Below are positions 35,701 to 44,963 of a DNA stretch of 46,961 bases, piece by piece. The translations under genes and the position numbers were made by a program. The notes beneath the pieces were generated by a model. The model ran no database searches. It was not told where the DNA came from and saw only the letters and a list, made by a program, of their open reading frames with translations. Numbering within the stretch: position 1 is the stretch's first letter; each line of letters starts with the position of its first letter. The DNA comes from a virus (Duplodnaviria > Caudoviricetes): the IMG/VR virus record IMGVR_UViG_3300014208_000533, positions 1 through 46,961 of that record; one strand, 5' to 3'.

Positions 35701-37735
35701 TCGATCGCCGCCAAGGCAGTCTGCCCCGCCGGAATCACCGAGAACGCCAACGCCTCGACGGCCAGTTGCTCCCATCCCGCTGGATCGTTGACGAGCAGTT
35801 TGCCCGTGGTGCCGTAGTCCTTCTCGATCCCCGTGACGCCGCCGGCAACGTCGGCCACCCGCTCCTCGAATATTTCTCCGAACATGCCGTTCCATCCGGC
35901 TTTGTCCAGGATCTCCTGAGCCCGTGCGGCGGTCCCACCCTTCGCCAGGAAACGGTCCAGCACGGCCGCCTTCATAGCCGCTGCTCGCTGGGCTATGGGC
36001 ATCTTTGCAAACGCCTGACCGACCCGGCTTCTCGCCAGGGCCTTGCCCGCAACGCCGACCGCAGCCCCGGCCCGCTCTGACCCCATTTCGATGTACGCCG
36101 CCCCGAATCCTTTTCCGAGCGCTTCCATGAACGACGGATCGTCGCCGGTAATCGCCGCCGTAAGCTGGCCGGTCTCGTCGCGAGTCAGGTCGTATTCCGG
36201 CATCCACTTCTCGGAGACCTTTTGGGCGACCAGGGGCACATTCATGGCCGTCTGCGCCCCGATGCCGGCGGCATAGCCAGCGGTCTTCACGGCCGCGGTA
36301 CGCAGGGCCTGCTTGCCTACCTGTTGACCCAGTACCTTTGCGCCAAGCTCTCGGCCGCGGCCCTGCCCCAGGTGAACCCGCCGGCAGTCATGGTGAATTC
36401 GACACCCATCCCCGGAAGGTGCGATACCAGATCCCACACCTTCTTGCCCAAGCCGCGGTCCTTGTTCTTCTCGGCAACGTCGATGGCACTCGCAAGAGTG
36501 AACCAATCGGAATCGGTCGCTTTGTCGGCTTCGATGTTTTTGACGGCGCTACGCAACGTCAGGAGATCGGCCGCCTCGACGGCTGTCCCGGCAAACGGAA
36601 TCCGCTTCAGCACGTAGGGGACAATGTCCAGTTGCCCGATGTCGTAGGCGTGACGGGCCACCATCGCTTCCGACAGGCTATCGTAGTGGTTGCGAGCAGT
36701 CGGTTCCCGCCTCCGCTCCTCGGTCGCCTTCATCTCTTCCGGGTGCAGGATCGGGCGGGTTGGCTTGCTGCTCCGCCATGCGTCGAATTCCGGATCAGCG
36801 CCGGCTGGGTTGGCCTTCAACCACACGTCGTAGGCTTCGTTGGCCTTGTCGAACAGCGTCTTCTTGTCACGCGGCAGTTCGCTGCCGTATTTCTGCCGGT
36901 ACTCCCGCAATAGGTTCTCCGCCCAGAACGATTCGCGTGGCTGGTCTTTCCTGGCAACGTACCCTGGCCTGGAGTTCAGGACCGCCGCATCCCTCGCGGA
37001 GGCACTTGCCGTCGGCTTTACAGCCAGGGGGTCCAGCCCCTTGGCTGCGGCCAATCGCTGCTTGTGTTCCAGGGTCGTCTCGGTCGCCCAGAGGCGGCCC
37101 AGGTCCATCTCCATCGCCGCGGTGTCTTCGTTGAATTCGCGCAGCGCGAGTGGATCGGTGCCCGGTTCCTTGGCCGCCCGCTCGGCCTCCTTCTTCCTGG
37201 CGGCAACAACCGCGGCCAGTCCTGTCGGAGTCACCTCCTCGGGCTTCACGACCACGGGGTTTCCGTCGGCGTCCTTACCGGAGAGGAATTCGGCGTACTC
37301 CTTCAGGCCCTGCTGGCCAACTGGCGTCGACCTGCGGAGCTTCTGTTCTGGGTCGGAGTCGTAGGCTTGAGCCCGGCCAGTCGCCTGTTCGCGGGTCAGC
37401 TTTCGGCGTTCGGCCAGGACGTTCTTGTTGAACCACCGGGCGATGGATTCGGGCTTGTACTCCGGGCTGAACGAGTATCGCTGTCCCTCGAACTCAAATT
37501 CCGTCTGGGCGGGCTGGTTCTGTTGCTGCGGCGGCGGTGCGATTGCTGCCTGCTGCGCGGGTGGAGTGGTCGCCTGCTGCGGAGCCGGCTGCCGTGGCGC
37601 TGGCGGTTGCGTCGGCAGAGGTTCAGCACGGCGAGTCGACGGCGACGGCGGAGCGTCCTGGGCGAGTTCCCACCCTTCAGGGATTGGCGACTCGACGACT
37701 TCCCAGCCAGGAGGCACGGGTGCAAGTCTCGACAT
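26703..37735 (-). CDS. giant polyvalent internal virion protein (ParB-like + Strawberry-notch/SF2 helicase + long helical C-terminus), split by a frameshift near 36350
   Basis: ORFs 36317..37735 and 26703..36506 join sensibly at GCC GAG AG CTT; VLDGQNRLKAA (ParB/Srx-like), GSSPGTGKT, LLLDEAH, YATATPFE, KGGTGLSYHD, LPWSG...QVSGRLAR. Confidence 0.8.
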
Positions 37736-39234
37736 TACTGACTTCTCCTGCGAATGATTCGCCCGTCCGGGAGCATGACGGTGTTGTCGTCAATCCACTG
37801 GGCGCCGGGAGGAAGCTGGCTGCTACCGGACGATTGCTGAACGCGGGCCGCCCGATACTGCTCAATTGTCATTCCGCGACGACGGGCCTGGTGGGCGTCA
37901 GCCTCGTCTTGTCGATTGTTCGGCGTGCCGGCCGGATAGCGCTCCGTGTTGGCGAGGTTGTCTCTGACCGCGGCACGGGACGCTGCCCCAGGAGCAGCAA
38001 TATTCCACGGAGAATTCGCCTGCCAAGATCCCACCGGATTCCCCGCTATGTTGATCTCAGGTAGGTCCATTGCGCCAGCGATTACGGACGGAACGGATGC
38101 TGTCGCTGCCTCCTTCGCGTCGATCTCCCGCTGCAACCGCTCATTGTCGGCCTGTGCGTTGCGAACATCCGGCGCGACGGGCGGTGGCGGCGGCCCTACG
38201 GCGGGAGCGGTCGGCGAAACGGCCCCGGGCGTTGGGGTAACACTGACCGGCGGAGAACCATTGCCCCACCCGTCTCCGGCAGGCGGTGGCACTGCTGTCG
38301 CTGCGGGCGCCGCAACCGCTCTCCCGTCAGGCCCTATTTGGATCGGAGGCGGGGCGGACGGAGTGGTCGGGCTCCCGCCAGGGGTCGCACCGGGGGCGGC
38401 TCCGGCGGCCTGCCCACCAGGAAACGACACTTCCACATCCTTTGTGGCTTGGTCGTAGGCGTCCTTCCACGAGGAATACTTGGCTGTGTCGGTAGCTTCG
38501 TTTCGTTCCTTGTACAACTCCTTCGCATGGTCCCACACCATCTTGGCTCGATCCGCCTGGGCTTTGGCTGCCTTCTCCTGGGCGGCATTTTCGTCGGGCA
38601 TCTGGAACCCACGCGGCAGTTGAGGAACCCCGTCATCCCCCAACACCCACGGAAGATGCCTGTACCGCTCGTAATTGGCGCCGAGGGCCTGCCGTACCCC
38701 GTCCTCCATTGTCGGCTTCGTCGACGGCTTCGCGGATCGCTGAATATTCCTCCGCTCCTTCTCGATCTGCTGCCGAATGTCGTCTCTCTGCGGGCCTGTG
38801 AAATTCGGGTCCGCATCCAACTGCGACTCGCGATCTTCCAGTTGCTTGATCCGCGTCTGAGCCGCCGGCGACAACTCCAAATCGCCTTCACGCAACCCCC
38901 TAATGATGTCCGAATCGCGTTGCTGATCGCCCCTGATGCGAGCCTGTTCTTGCATCCTCTTGTCGGCTGCGTCTTGCGTCTGATCCTGCAACATTTGCCG
39001 CTGGCGGAACTGGGAGACGTCCTGGGAATAGTCCAGAGCCGCTTTCTGCCGGTCTCGCTGATCCATCCATCCCTGCTGCTGGATCTGCTCCTGCCGACGA
39101 GCCTCAATCATCTGCTTGTCGCGGTAGACGTTCAGGGTACGCTCCAAGGCCCGCTCCCGAGCCTTCCCCTGGCCTGCCGCGTAAGCCGCAAGTCCACCTG
39201 TGCCAATCGGCTGGTACTCAAATGTAATGGGCAT
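37735..39234 (-). CDS. putative internal virion / DNA-ejection protein
   Basis: 499 aa, Q/R-rich coiled-coil N-half and P/A-rich C-half; TAATG coupling to the giant gene. Confidence 0.65.
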   Translation of the reverse strand: MPITFEYQPIGTGGLAAYAAGQGKARERALERTLNVYRDKQMIEARRQEQIQQQGWMDQRDRQKAALDYSQDVSQFRQRQMLQDQTQDAADKRMQEQARIRGDQQRDSDIIRGLREGDLELSPAAQTRIKQLEDRESQLDADPNFTGPQRDDIRQQIEKERRNIQRSAKPSTKPTMEDGVRQALGANYERYRHLPWVLGDDGVPQLPRGFQMPDENAAQEKAAKAQADRAKMVWDHAKELYKERNEATDTAKYSSWKDAYDQATKDVEVSFPGGQAAGAAPGATPGGSPTTPSAPPPIQIGPDGRAVAAPAATAVPPPAGDGWGNGSPPVSVTPTPGAVSPTAPAVGPPPPPVAPDVRNAQADNERLQREIDAKEAATASVPSVIAGAMDLPEINIAGNPVGSWQANSPWNIAAPGAASRAAVRDNLANTERYPAGTPNNRQDEADAHQARRRGMTIEQYRAARVQQSSGSSQLPPGAQWIDDNTVMLPDGRIIRRRSQ

Positions 39235-39252
39235 GTTTATCCCTCAATCGGG

Positions 39253-39651
39253 TCATGTTTGGACCGTGCTCGCCGTATCGCTTATCTTTGCCCAGTGCGG
39301 GCACTCGTTACCGCCACATCCGAATTCAGCATCACTATTCAGCCTCGCCACCCACTCGCCCAGCCACTGGCATTTACTCCCAGGCATCCCCACGCACCTG
39401 GTTGACCCCTCCACCTGGAGCATGAGGCCGCAGGAGGCGGCACGGCATCGTCGGAGGCGGTCGACGCCGGTGGGGGTAAGGCGGGAGACGGCGGGTGCGA
39501 GGCTGCACTGCGCGCCAACAACCGATGCCACCATCACGCGGCACTGACGGACTGGTGGTCGAGAGCTTCGAGTGGGTCGCTTGCACCACTGGCACACCCA
39601 ACGCCCACCATCGTTCACAAACTGGCAGAGAACGCCGACGCGATCTGACAT
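39253..39651 (-). CDS. Cys-rich hypothetical protein
   Basis: MSDRVGVLCQF...; CQWC, RCRAASC, ECPHW; TGATG overlap. Confidence 0.6.
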   Translation of the reverse strand: MSDRVGVLCQFVNDGGRWVCQWCKRPTRSSRPPVRQCRVMVASVVGAQCSLAPAVSRLTPTGVDRLRRCRAASCGLMLQVEGSTRCVGMPGSKCQWLGEWVARLNSDAEFGCGGNECPHWAKISDTASTVQT

Positions 39652-40301
39652 CACGCGCCCCATGATATTATGGCCGTTCCTCCGACTCCGCATCCGCAGC
39701 CGCCGGCCATTTTGGTTGCAGTATACGTCTCTGTTCCAGACGCGGACGGCCACGGTCCCGTCGCCGATTCCCACTCAAGTGGGTTTGGTGTCAATGATGT
39801 TAAGCCGCCGTATGAAAAATAAATCATAGGCGTATTTGAGTATGCCATGCAGTTCGGGTAGCACATCCCGCCATTTTTATGGTTCATGGACACAAGGATC
39901 GCCCTGGTTTCCGCTTCTTGTGAGCAGTAGAAGTTGACTGTTATATCCCACGGAACAGCATTTATGCGGAATGTTCTGAAGCAATACTCAATTTGGTCTC
40001 CTGTGAATCCGCCATAATCACCCTGAACATCGATCTCGAATGTGCCATTGAACGGGCCGCAATCGCAAAGTCCGTCTACCACGCTTTCTACTGTCATAGA
40101 AATCGTGTCTGGAAGAGGCACGGAAAACACCTCGCATTCTTCAGTCCATGTTGGTGGTCCGGTGGTGCAGCAGCACTTAGCAGTTCCAAGTTTCGTGATG
40201 AAACGCCTTGTAGGAATCTGTATCGAGTTGCGTTGTTTTGCGCTCGCTGCACCAACTCTACCCCATCGGATGTCACGAGCGGTTTTACGCTTAGGGCTCA
40301 C
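39651..40301 (-). CDS. Cys-rich virion-associated protein (CCC motif)
   Basis: GTG start overlapping the upstream TGA; KCCCTTG, CDCG, GCGCG. Confidence 0.6.
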   Translation of the reverse strand: MSPKRKTARDIRWGRVGAASAKQRNSIQIPTRRFITKLGTAKCCCTTGPPTWTEECEVFSVPLPDTISMTVESVVDGLCDCGPFNGTFEIDVQGDYGGFTGDQIEYCFRTFRINAVPWDITVNFYCSQEAETRAILVSMNHKNGGMCYPNCMAYSNTPMIYFSYGGLTSLTPNPLEWESATGPWPSASGTETYTATKMAGGCGCGVGGTAIISWGA

Positions 40302-41023
40302 TGATCCACCTCGCACGCGAACGGGATCAACAGCACGTACTCGTCGTCGGCAAGGTCCATGTCGTGGTCTTTGAATATACGGCATTTTGTCCCACTGGCT
40401 ATCTTCTTCGCTGCCGTAATTGCTGTTGGCACGTCGTAGACGGTTATCACGCTTCCCGTCTCGTTCTTCAACGCACCAATAAGAAGTGTCGCGCCAGCAG
40501 AGCTTCCAGGAAGCAAGTCGGCAGTCAACGTGCAGGTGTATATCTTGACGCTTGATGAGTTAATGAACATCCAGTTGATGGTCTTGCCGTTCTCGTCGCG
40601 GAGTTCGTCAACCTTTTCGTTGAGATCGGATGGATGTCCAGTCGACGTTTCGGCTGTGCCGGGATTTTGCCCGACCCTCCATTCAACCGCCGTTGGACTT
40701 GGGTTGGCTGATTGCAGCGGAAGCAAGGCCGCGAAAATCTGGCCGATCTGAAATGAACCCTTTCTTCTACAGTCGTACGGCTTCGCTACCGGAATCCCGG
40801 GTTTGTTGGGATTTCCCGCCTCGTAGTCGATGAACTTGTTGATGCGTGTGTCAAACCCACGACACAGAACGTAGTCCTCTCGCGTGTCGTTCGCCGCCAC
40901 CTGATACATCGCACAGTATGGAGAGACTCCAGGCACCTGCAATGATGCCTGGAGTCCCGACATGGGCTGGTACGGTGGCGGGAGCTTGAAGCCCGGAGTT
41001 GGTTGTCTTCGTTTGCGGAGCAT
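40298..41023 (-). CDS. minor tail/virion protein
   Basis: 241-aa ORF within the tail operon. Confidence 0.6.
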   Translation of the reverse strand: MLRKRRQPTPGFKLPPPYQPMSGLQASLQVPGVSPYCAMYQVAANDTREDYVLCRGFDTRINKFIDYEAGNPNKPGIPVAKPYDCRRKGSFQIGQIFAALLPLQSANPSPTAVEWRVGQNPGTAETSTGHPSDLNEKVDELRDENGKTINWMFINSSSVKIYTCTLTADLLPGSSAGATLLIGALKNETGSVITVYDVPTAITAAKKIASGTKCRIFKDHDMDLADDEYVLLIPFACEVDQ

Positions 41024-41026
41024 GGC

Positions 41027-41176
41027 TTACGTTGCGGACGGCGACGTTGTGTGCGATGGAGTTCTGGACACGGTGTGGGATGGAGTGGCAGAGACCGTGT
41101 GGGATGGCGTAGCCGATACTGTATGCGACGGTGTAGCAGACGGTGTATGGGATACGGTACTAGACGGGGTGTTAGA
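41027..41176 (-). repeat. coding tandem repeat (TPSHTVSA/R)n
   Basis: 49-aa strictly alternating S/T-X tail. Confidence 0.95.
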
Positions 41177-41491
41177 CGCCTCGTCTCGGACAGTCTGTGC
41201 GCTGATGTCCGTCTCGCAAGTGAATGTGTAGCGGCTTTTGATCACGCTACGCACCATGTCCGCGGTCGCCGTCTTAGTGACCGTCAGTTTGGTTGGGCGA
41301 TCAGCCGCAGCCGTGGCGATGTACGTGGTATAGAACTTCTCCAGGATTGCAAACATGATGTCGCGAATGTCGCCAGTGGTTCCGTCTGCATTCGCGGCAG
41401 TCATCTCAGGGAAGGATGCAATCGGAAACGTAACATTCGTTCCGTCTTCAGACCAACTTGCAAACCAGACGTTGGGAGTTTTGTCGAACAT
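41027..41491 (-). CDS. virion protein with an (S/T)-X repeat C-terminal tail
   Basis: GAGGA RBS; 154 aa ending ...ASNTPSSTVSHTPSATPSHTVSATPSHTVSATPSHTVSRTPSHTTSPSAT. Confidence 0.8.
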   Translation of the reverse strand: MFDKTPNVWFASWSEDGTNVTFPIASFPEMTAANADGTTGDIRDIMFAILEKFYTTYIATAAADRPTKLTVTKTATADMVRSVIKSRYTFTCETDISAQTVRDEASNTPSSTVSHTPSATPSHTVSATPSHTVSATPSHTVSRTPSHTTSPSAT

Positions 41492-41605
41492 CTGCGTAAT
41501 TCCTCTTGTAAGTCACGTGGAGGCTGACAATAATGAAGCAAGCCGGCCGGAAGTGTGTAGCTCCCGAACGGCTCTAACCACCATAAACCTTCGAAGGAGG
41601 CTCAG

Positions 41606-42289
41606 ATGGCTGAAAGCAATTCTAACCAGTTGTCCTGCCACGCGAAAGACGAAACTGGCAACGTCTACGGGAAACTGACGGTAGTGGAGTTTGCAAGGTC
41701 GCAAAACAACATCTACTGGCTCTGTCGCTGTGAATGCGGGGCCATGACTACGGTATGCGGATCTAATCTCCGCACCGGGATCACAAAGTCGTGCGGTTGC
41801 GTACGGTATACCCAGGGAGGAGGGCATGGTACTACCGAGTATACGTCTTTGAGGGAGATGAAATCGCGATGCTATAACCCGAACGCAACCGGCTATGTGG
41901 ACTATGGCGGCAAGGGGACTGTTGTTTGCGAGCGATGGAGAACGTCCTTCGTCAACTTCCTGGCTGATATGGGGAAGAAGCCGTCTCCACGGCACAGCAT
42001 TGAAAGAATCGACAACGACGGACACTATTCGTGCGGCCACTGCAAGGAATGTCTTCGCAACGATTGGCCAGCGAACTGCCGATGGGCCACACGCGACGAG
42101 CAGGCTCGCAACAGAAGTAACACTCGTATGCTGACATTCAAAGGAGAAACCATGTGCCTTAAGGATTGGGCACGCAAGTTGGGAATATCGCAACACGCCA
42201 TAAGAGCGCGACTTGAGCGTGGTTTGCCACTCGTCGACGCATTGAGTTCCACAAAGTACGGAAAACGTCATAAAGTCTCTCGCAAATAA
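41606..42289 (+). CDS. free-standing HNH homing endonuclease, antisense to the tail operon
   Basis: AAGGAGG RBS; GKLTVVE..WLCRCECG..KSCGC, MKSRCYNP, YGGKG..VCERW..F..FLADMG, SIERIDND...NCRWAT..EQARN. Confidence 0.9.
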   Translation: MAESNSNQLSCHAKDETGNVYGKLTVVEFARSQNNIYWLCRCECGAMTTVCGSNLRTGITKSCGCVRYTQGGGHGTTEYTSLREMKSRCYNPNATGYVDYGGKGTVVCERWRTSFVNFLADMGKKPSPRHSIERIDNDGHYSCGHCKECLRNDWPANCRWATRDEQARNRSNTRMLTFKGETMCLKDWARKLGISQHAIRARLERGLPLVDALSSTKYGKRHKVSRK

Positions 42290-42296
42290 TACTCTA

Positions 42297-44960
42297 TCAG
42301 GGAGTAACCCACCCACCTCCAGAGTCAGCTAACGCGGTACTGAGTTGCGTCAATGCTTCAAACGAAGGATAGGCATCCGTTCGTCTCTCGGCAAAACCAT
42401 AAAGGCCGATGTACAACTGATTCCTCTCATCGAGCATATAGGCCATTAACTTCATCGTCTCCTCGTGCTTCGCCTGGATCCCCCTCAGTCGCTCTGCGGA
42501 TTCGGCCATCTTCTCCAGGATCGCCTTGTGCCTATGATCGGCCAGGGTGGATGCGTTCTGCATTGTCATGGACGAATAGCGTTCCTTGCCGGCGATAAAG
42601 CCCTTGACAGCGTCTTGGAGTTCGGACAGCACTTTGTCTCGCTCTGCCATTGCTACCCGGGAAATGTCCTGCTGGGCAGTGTGTTGCCTGTCGATGCCGG
42701 CGAGGTACTGCGCCTCGATCTGCTGCACCTGTTCGAGAAGCCGGTCTCGCTGGGTCGCCTCGGCCCGCCAGACGTCGACGGAAATCCCGTGCTCCTTCTG
42801 GATCCCGTCCAGCATCTGCAAAAGGACTCCCTGCACGGCCGCAAACAGTTGCTGCTCGACAGAAATGCCCAGCTTCGCAACGTCCGTCGTTGCTGCCCGC
42901 TCGCGGTCGAGCCCGTCCAGCACCAACCGGACCTCGTTCATCAATTGGTCGTGCAACTGAAGCCTGAGCGTCGAGTTAGCGACGATAATCTCCTGCTGAA
43001 CCGCGTGCTGCCGGTCTTCCGCCTCGGCGGCTTTGAGTCGCGTCTGCAACTGCTCGCCATAGAGCCGGTGCGTCTCTTCCTTCTCCCATTTCGCAAAGGC
43101 ATCCCTGAGTTGATACAGACGGTCGGCCGCCTCCATCGTGCGGACGACGACCTCGGTTGTCTTCACGTACAGTCCGGACTGAACCTCGATCCCCAGTCGG
43201 GAATTCGCGTCCTGAACACCCAAGATAGCCTGCTTGCCTCCCAGCGTGCGATTATGCACCTCCTGAAGCAGGGCATACGTTCCGGACACCTGGGCCGCCT
43301 GGTATCGCAGCATGTCCTGGCGAAGCGTATGGACACGCTCCTTGCCGGCCATGGTCTTATCCCGCATCTCCGCCTGTTGCCCGTAGAGGCGGTGCTGATT
43401 CTCCCACTTCTCGCGATTCAGCCGATCGTTCAGGGCTACGATCTCTTCGTTGTGATCGCGGGTGTTCCTGGCCGTAACGTCGATCGCCACTTGGCCGGAA
43501 TACAGACCCCTGTCTACCAGTTGTTGGAGTTGCGTCGATAGTGAGGCGGTGAACTTCTCGTTGATCCTCGCTAACTCTGTTGCACCAAGGTCGGTCAGGA
43601 ACGCCGTCGCCGTGTCAGAGTGAAAGTCATAGTCGGATTCCAGCAAGGCCAAGACCGTGTTGTAGTCCGTGGCGTGAGCAGTGAGCGTAGACGTGCCCTG
43701 GGCCACCAACGCATCGATTTCGGTCGATGTAGTGGTGTAGTCGGCCAGCATTGACGTCAGCAACGTCCCTATTTCCGACACGAACGAGTTCACGTCGTCG
43801 GTGGCCGTCGCCAGCAGGGCCGTTATGGTGGCCGCGTGGGCGGCGTATTGCGAGGCCAAGTCCGCCACCTGGACCGTGTAATCCGCAACGTGCGTTTCGA
43901 GGGTACCTTCTAGGTCCGATAACTCACCCAATGCCTTTTCTTCATGGTCCACGAAGTCGGTGGCCAGCAAGGCGATCGCGGTCGCATAGTCCAGCAGGAA
44001 CGCTGTAAGGGCCGTCTCCTTGTCGACGATCAGAGACTCCACCTCCGTTCGGGTAGTGTCTCCATACGTTTCCGGCTCCGCCAGCTTCGCGGCATGTGAC
44101 GCAAGATGCACGGACAGCGCCGCCACCTCGCCGGCCATCAGGGCCTCAATGGCCGTACCTGCCGCCTCCTGCTCCGAGTCCAGTTCCGTAAGTTTCGCGT
44201 CCTGATCTGAAATGAAGGTTGCCAACTGCGTCGTTGCGTTGGTGAGCAGCGTTCCGATCGTGGATGCGTGCGGAGTGTAGTTGGCGTCCAGTTCGAGTAG
44301 TTTCGCCGTGACATCGGCCAGGAAATCGGTGAGATAATTTCCCTGGTCGGTCAGCAGTGCTTCGATGATAGCGGTGTTGTCGGTGACGTTGTCTTCGAGG
44401 TCCGAGAGTTTCGCATTAAGCTCGAACAGGGCGCCGGAAGCGACTGCCGCTTCGGACACAAGCGTGCTCTGGTTTGTGTCGATCAGAGCGTCGACAGCAT
44501 CCATGTTGAAATCGAGGCTGGTGAGATAGATCATGGCGTGGTCATTCTGCTCCTCCGCCTGAGTGTCAAGATGCACTTGATTGGCAAGGATCAGTCCAGT
44601 CCAGTTTTCTATCACTTCGTTGTAGCGAACGGCGTTCGTTTCGGTCGCCAGGTTGTGCGCATCTGTCCAAGATTCTGTGAGTGACCGCAAAATACCAGCG
44701 GTTTGCAGCGACTCCCTAAACATCGCATAGTACGGCGTCTTCGGGGTCGTGGTCTCGTCGTAGGTAATGCCATGAATCTGCCAGCCTTGCGCCACCAGCC
44801 AACCAACCGCGTCGGCGGGAATGTTGTCGATATTCTGAGTCGCCCACCAAGCCGAATCATACGGATTGGCCACTATCATCGTCGGTATCATCAATTGACT
44901 CTGCGTAGGATGCAGAGCCGGCGGGGTCGTCACGCCTTCTTCCATTCCTGGTGTGCCCAT
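42297..44960 (-). CDS. long helical-repeat virion protein (tail needle/ejection-type)
   Basis: 887 aa, acidic A/T/D/L heptad-like N-half and Q/R/E-rich repeated C-half; follows the tail stabilisation gene. Confidence 0.6.
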   Translation of the reverse strand: MGTPGMEEGVTTPPALHPTQSQLMIPTMIVANPYDSAWWATQNIDNIPADAVGWLVAQGWQIHGITYDETTTPKTPYYAMFRESLQTAGILRSLTESWTDAHNLATETNAVRYNEVIENWTGLILANQVHLDTQAEEQNDHAMIYLTSLDFNMDAVDALIDTNQSTLVSEAAVASGALFELNAKLSDLEDNVTDNTAIIEALLTDQGNYLTDFLADVTAKLLELDANYTPHASTIGTLLTNATTQLATFISDQDAKLTELDSEQEAAGTAIEALMAGEVAALSVHLASHAAKLAEPETYGDTTRTEVESLIVDKETALTAFLLDYATAIALLATDFVDHEEKALGELSDLEGTLETHVADYTVQVADLASQYAAHAATITALLATATDDVNSFVSEIGTLLTSMLADYTTTSTEIDALVAQGTSTLTAHATDYNTVLALLESDYDFHSDTATAFLTDLGATELARINEKFTASLSTQLQQLVDRGLYSGQVAIDVTARNTRDHNEEIVALNDRLNREKWENQHRLYGQQAEMRDKTMAGKERVHTLRQDMLRYQAAQVSGTYALLQEVHNRTLGGKQAILGVQDANSRLGIEVQSGLYVKTTEVVVRTMEAADRLYQLRDAFAKWEKEETHRLYGEQLQTRLKAAEAEDRQHAVQQEIIVANSTLRLQLHDQLMNEVRLVLDGLDRERAATTDVAKLGISVEQQLFAAVQGVLLQMLDGIQKEHGISVDVWRAEATQRDRLLEQVQQIEAQYLAGIDRQHTAQQDISRVAMAERDKVLSELQDAVKGFIAGKERYSSMTMQNASTLADHRHKAILEKMAESAERLRGIQAKHEETMKLMAYMLDERNQLYIGLYGFAERRTDAYPSFEALTQLSTALADSGGGWVTP

Positions 44961-44963
44961 CGC

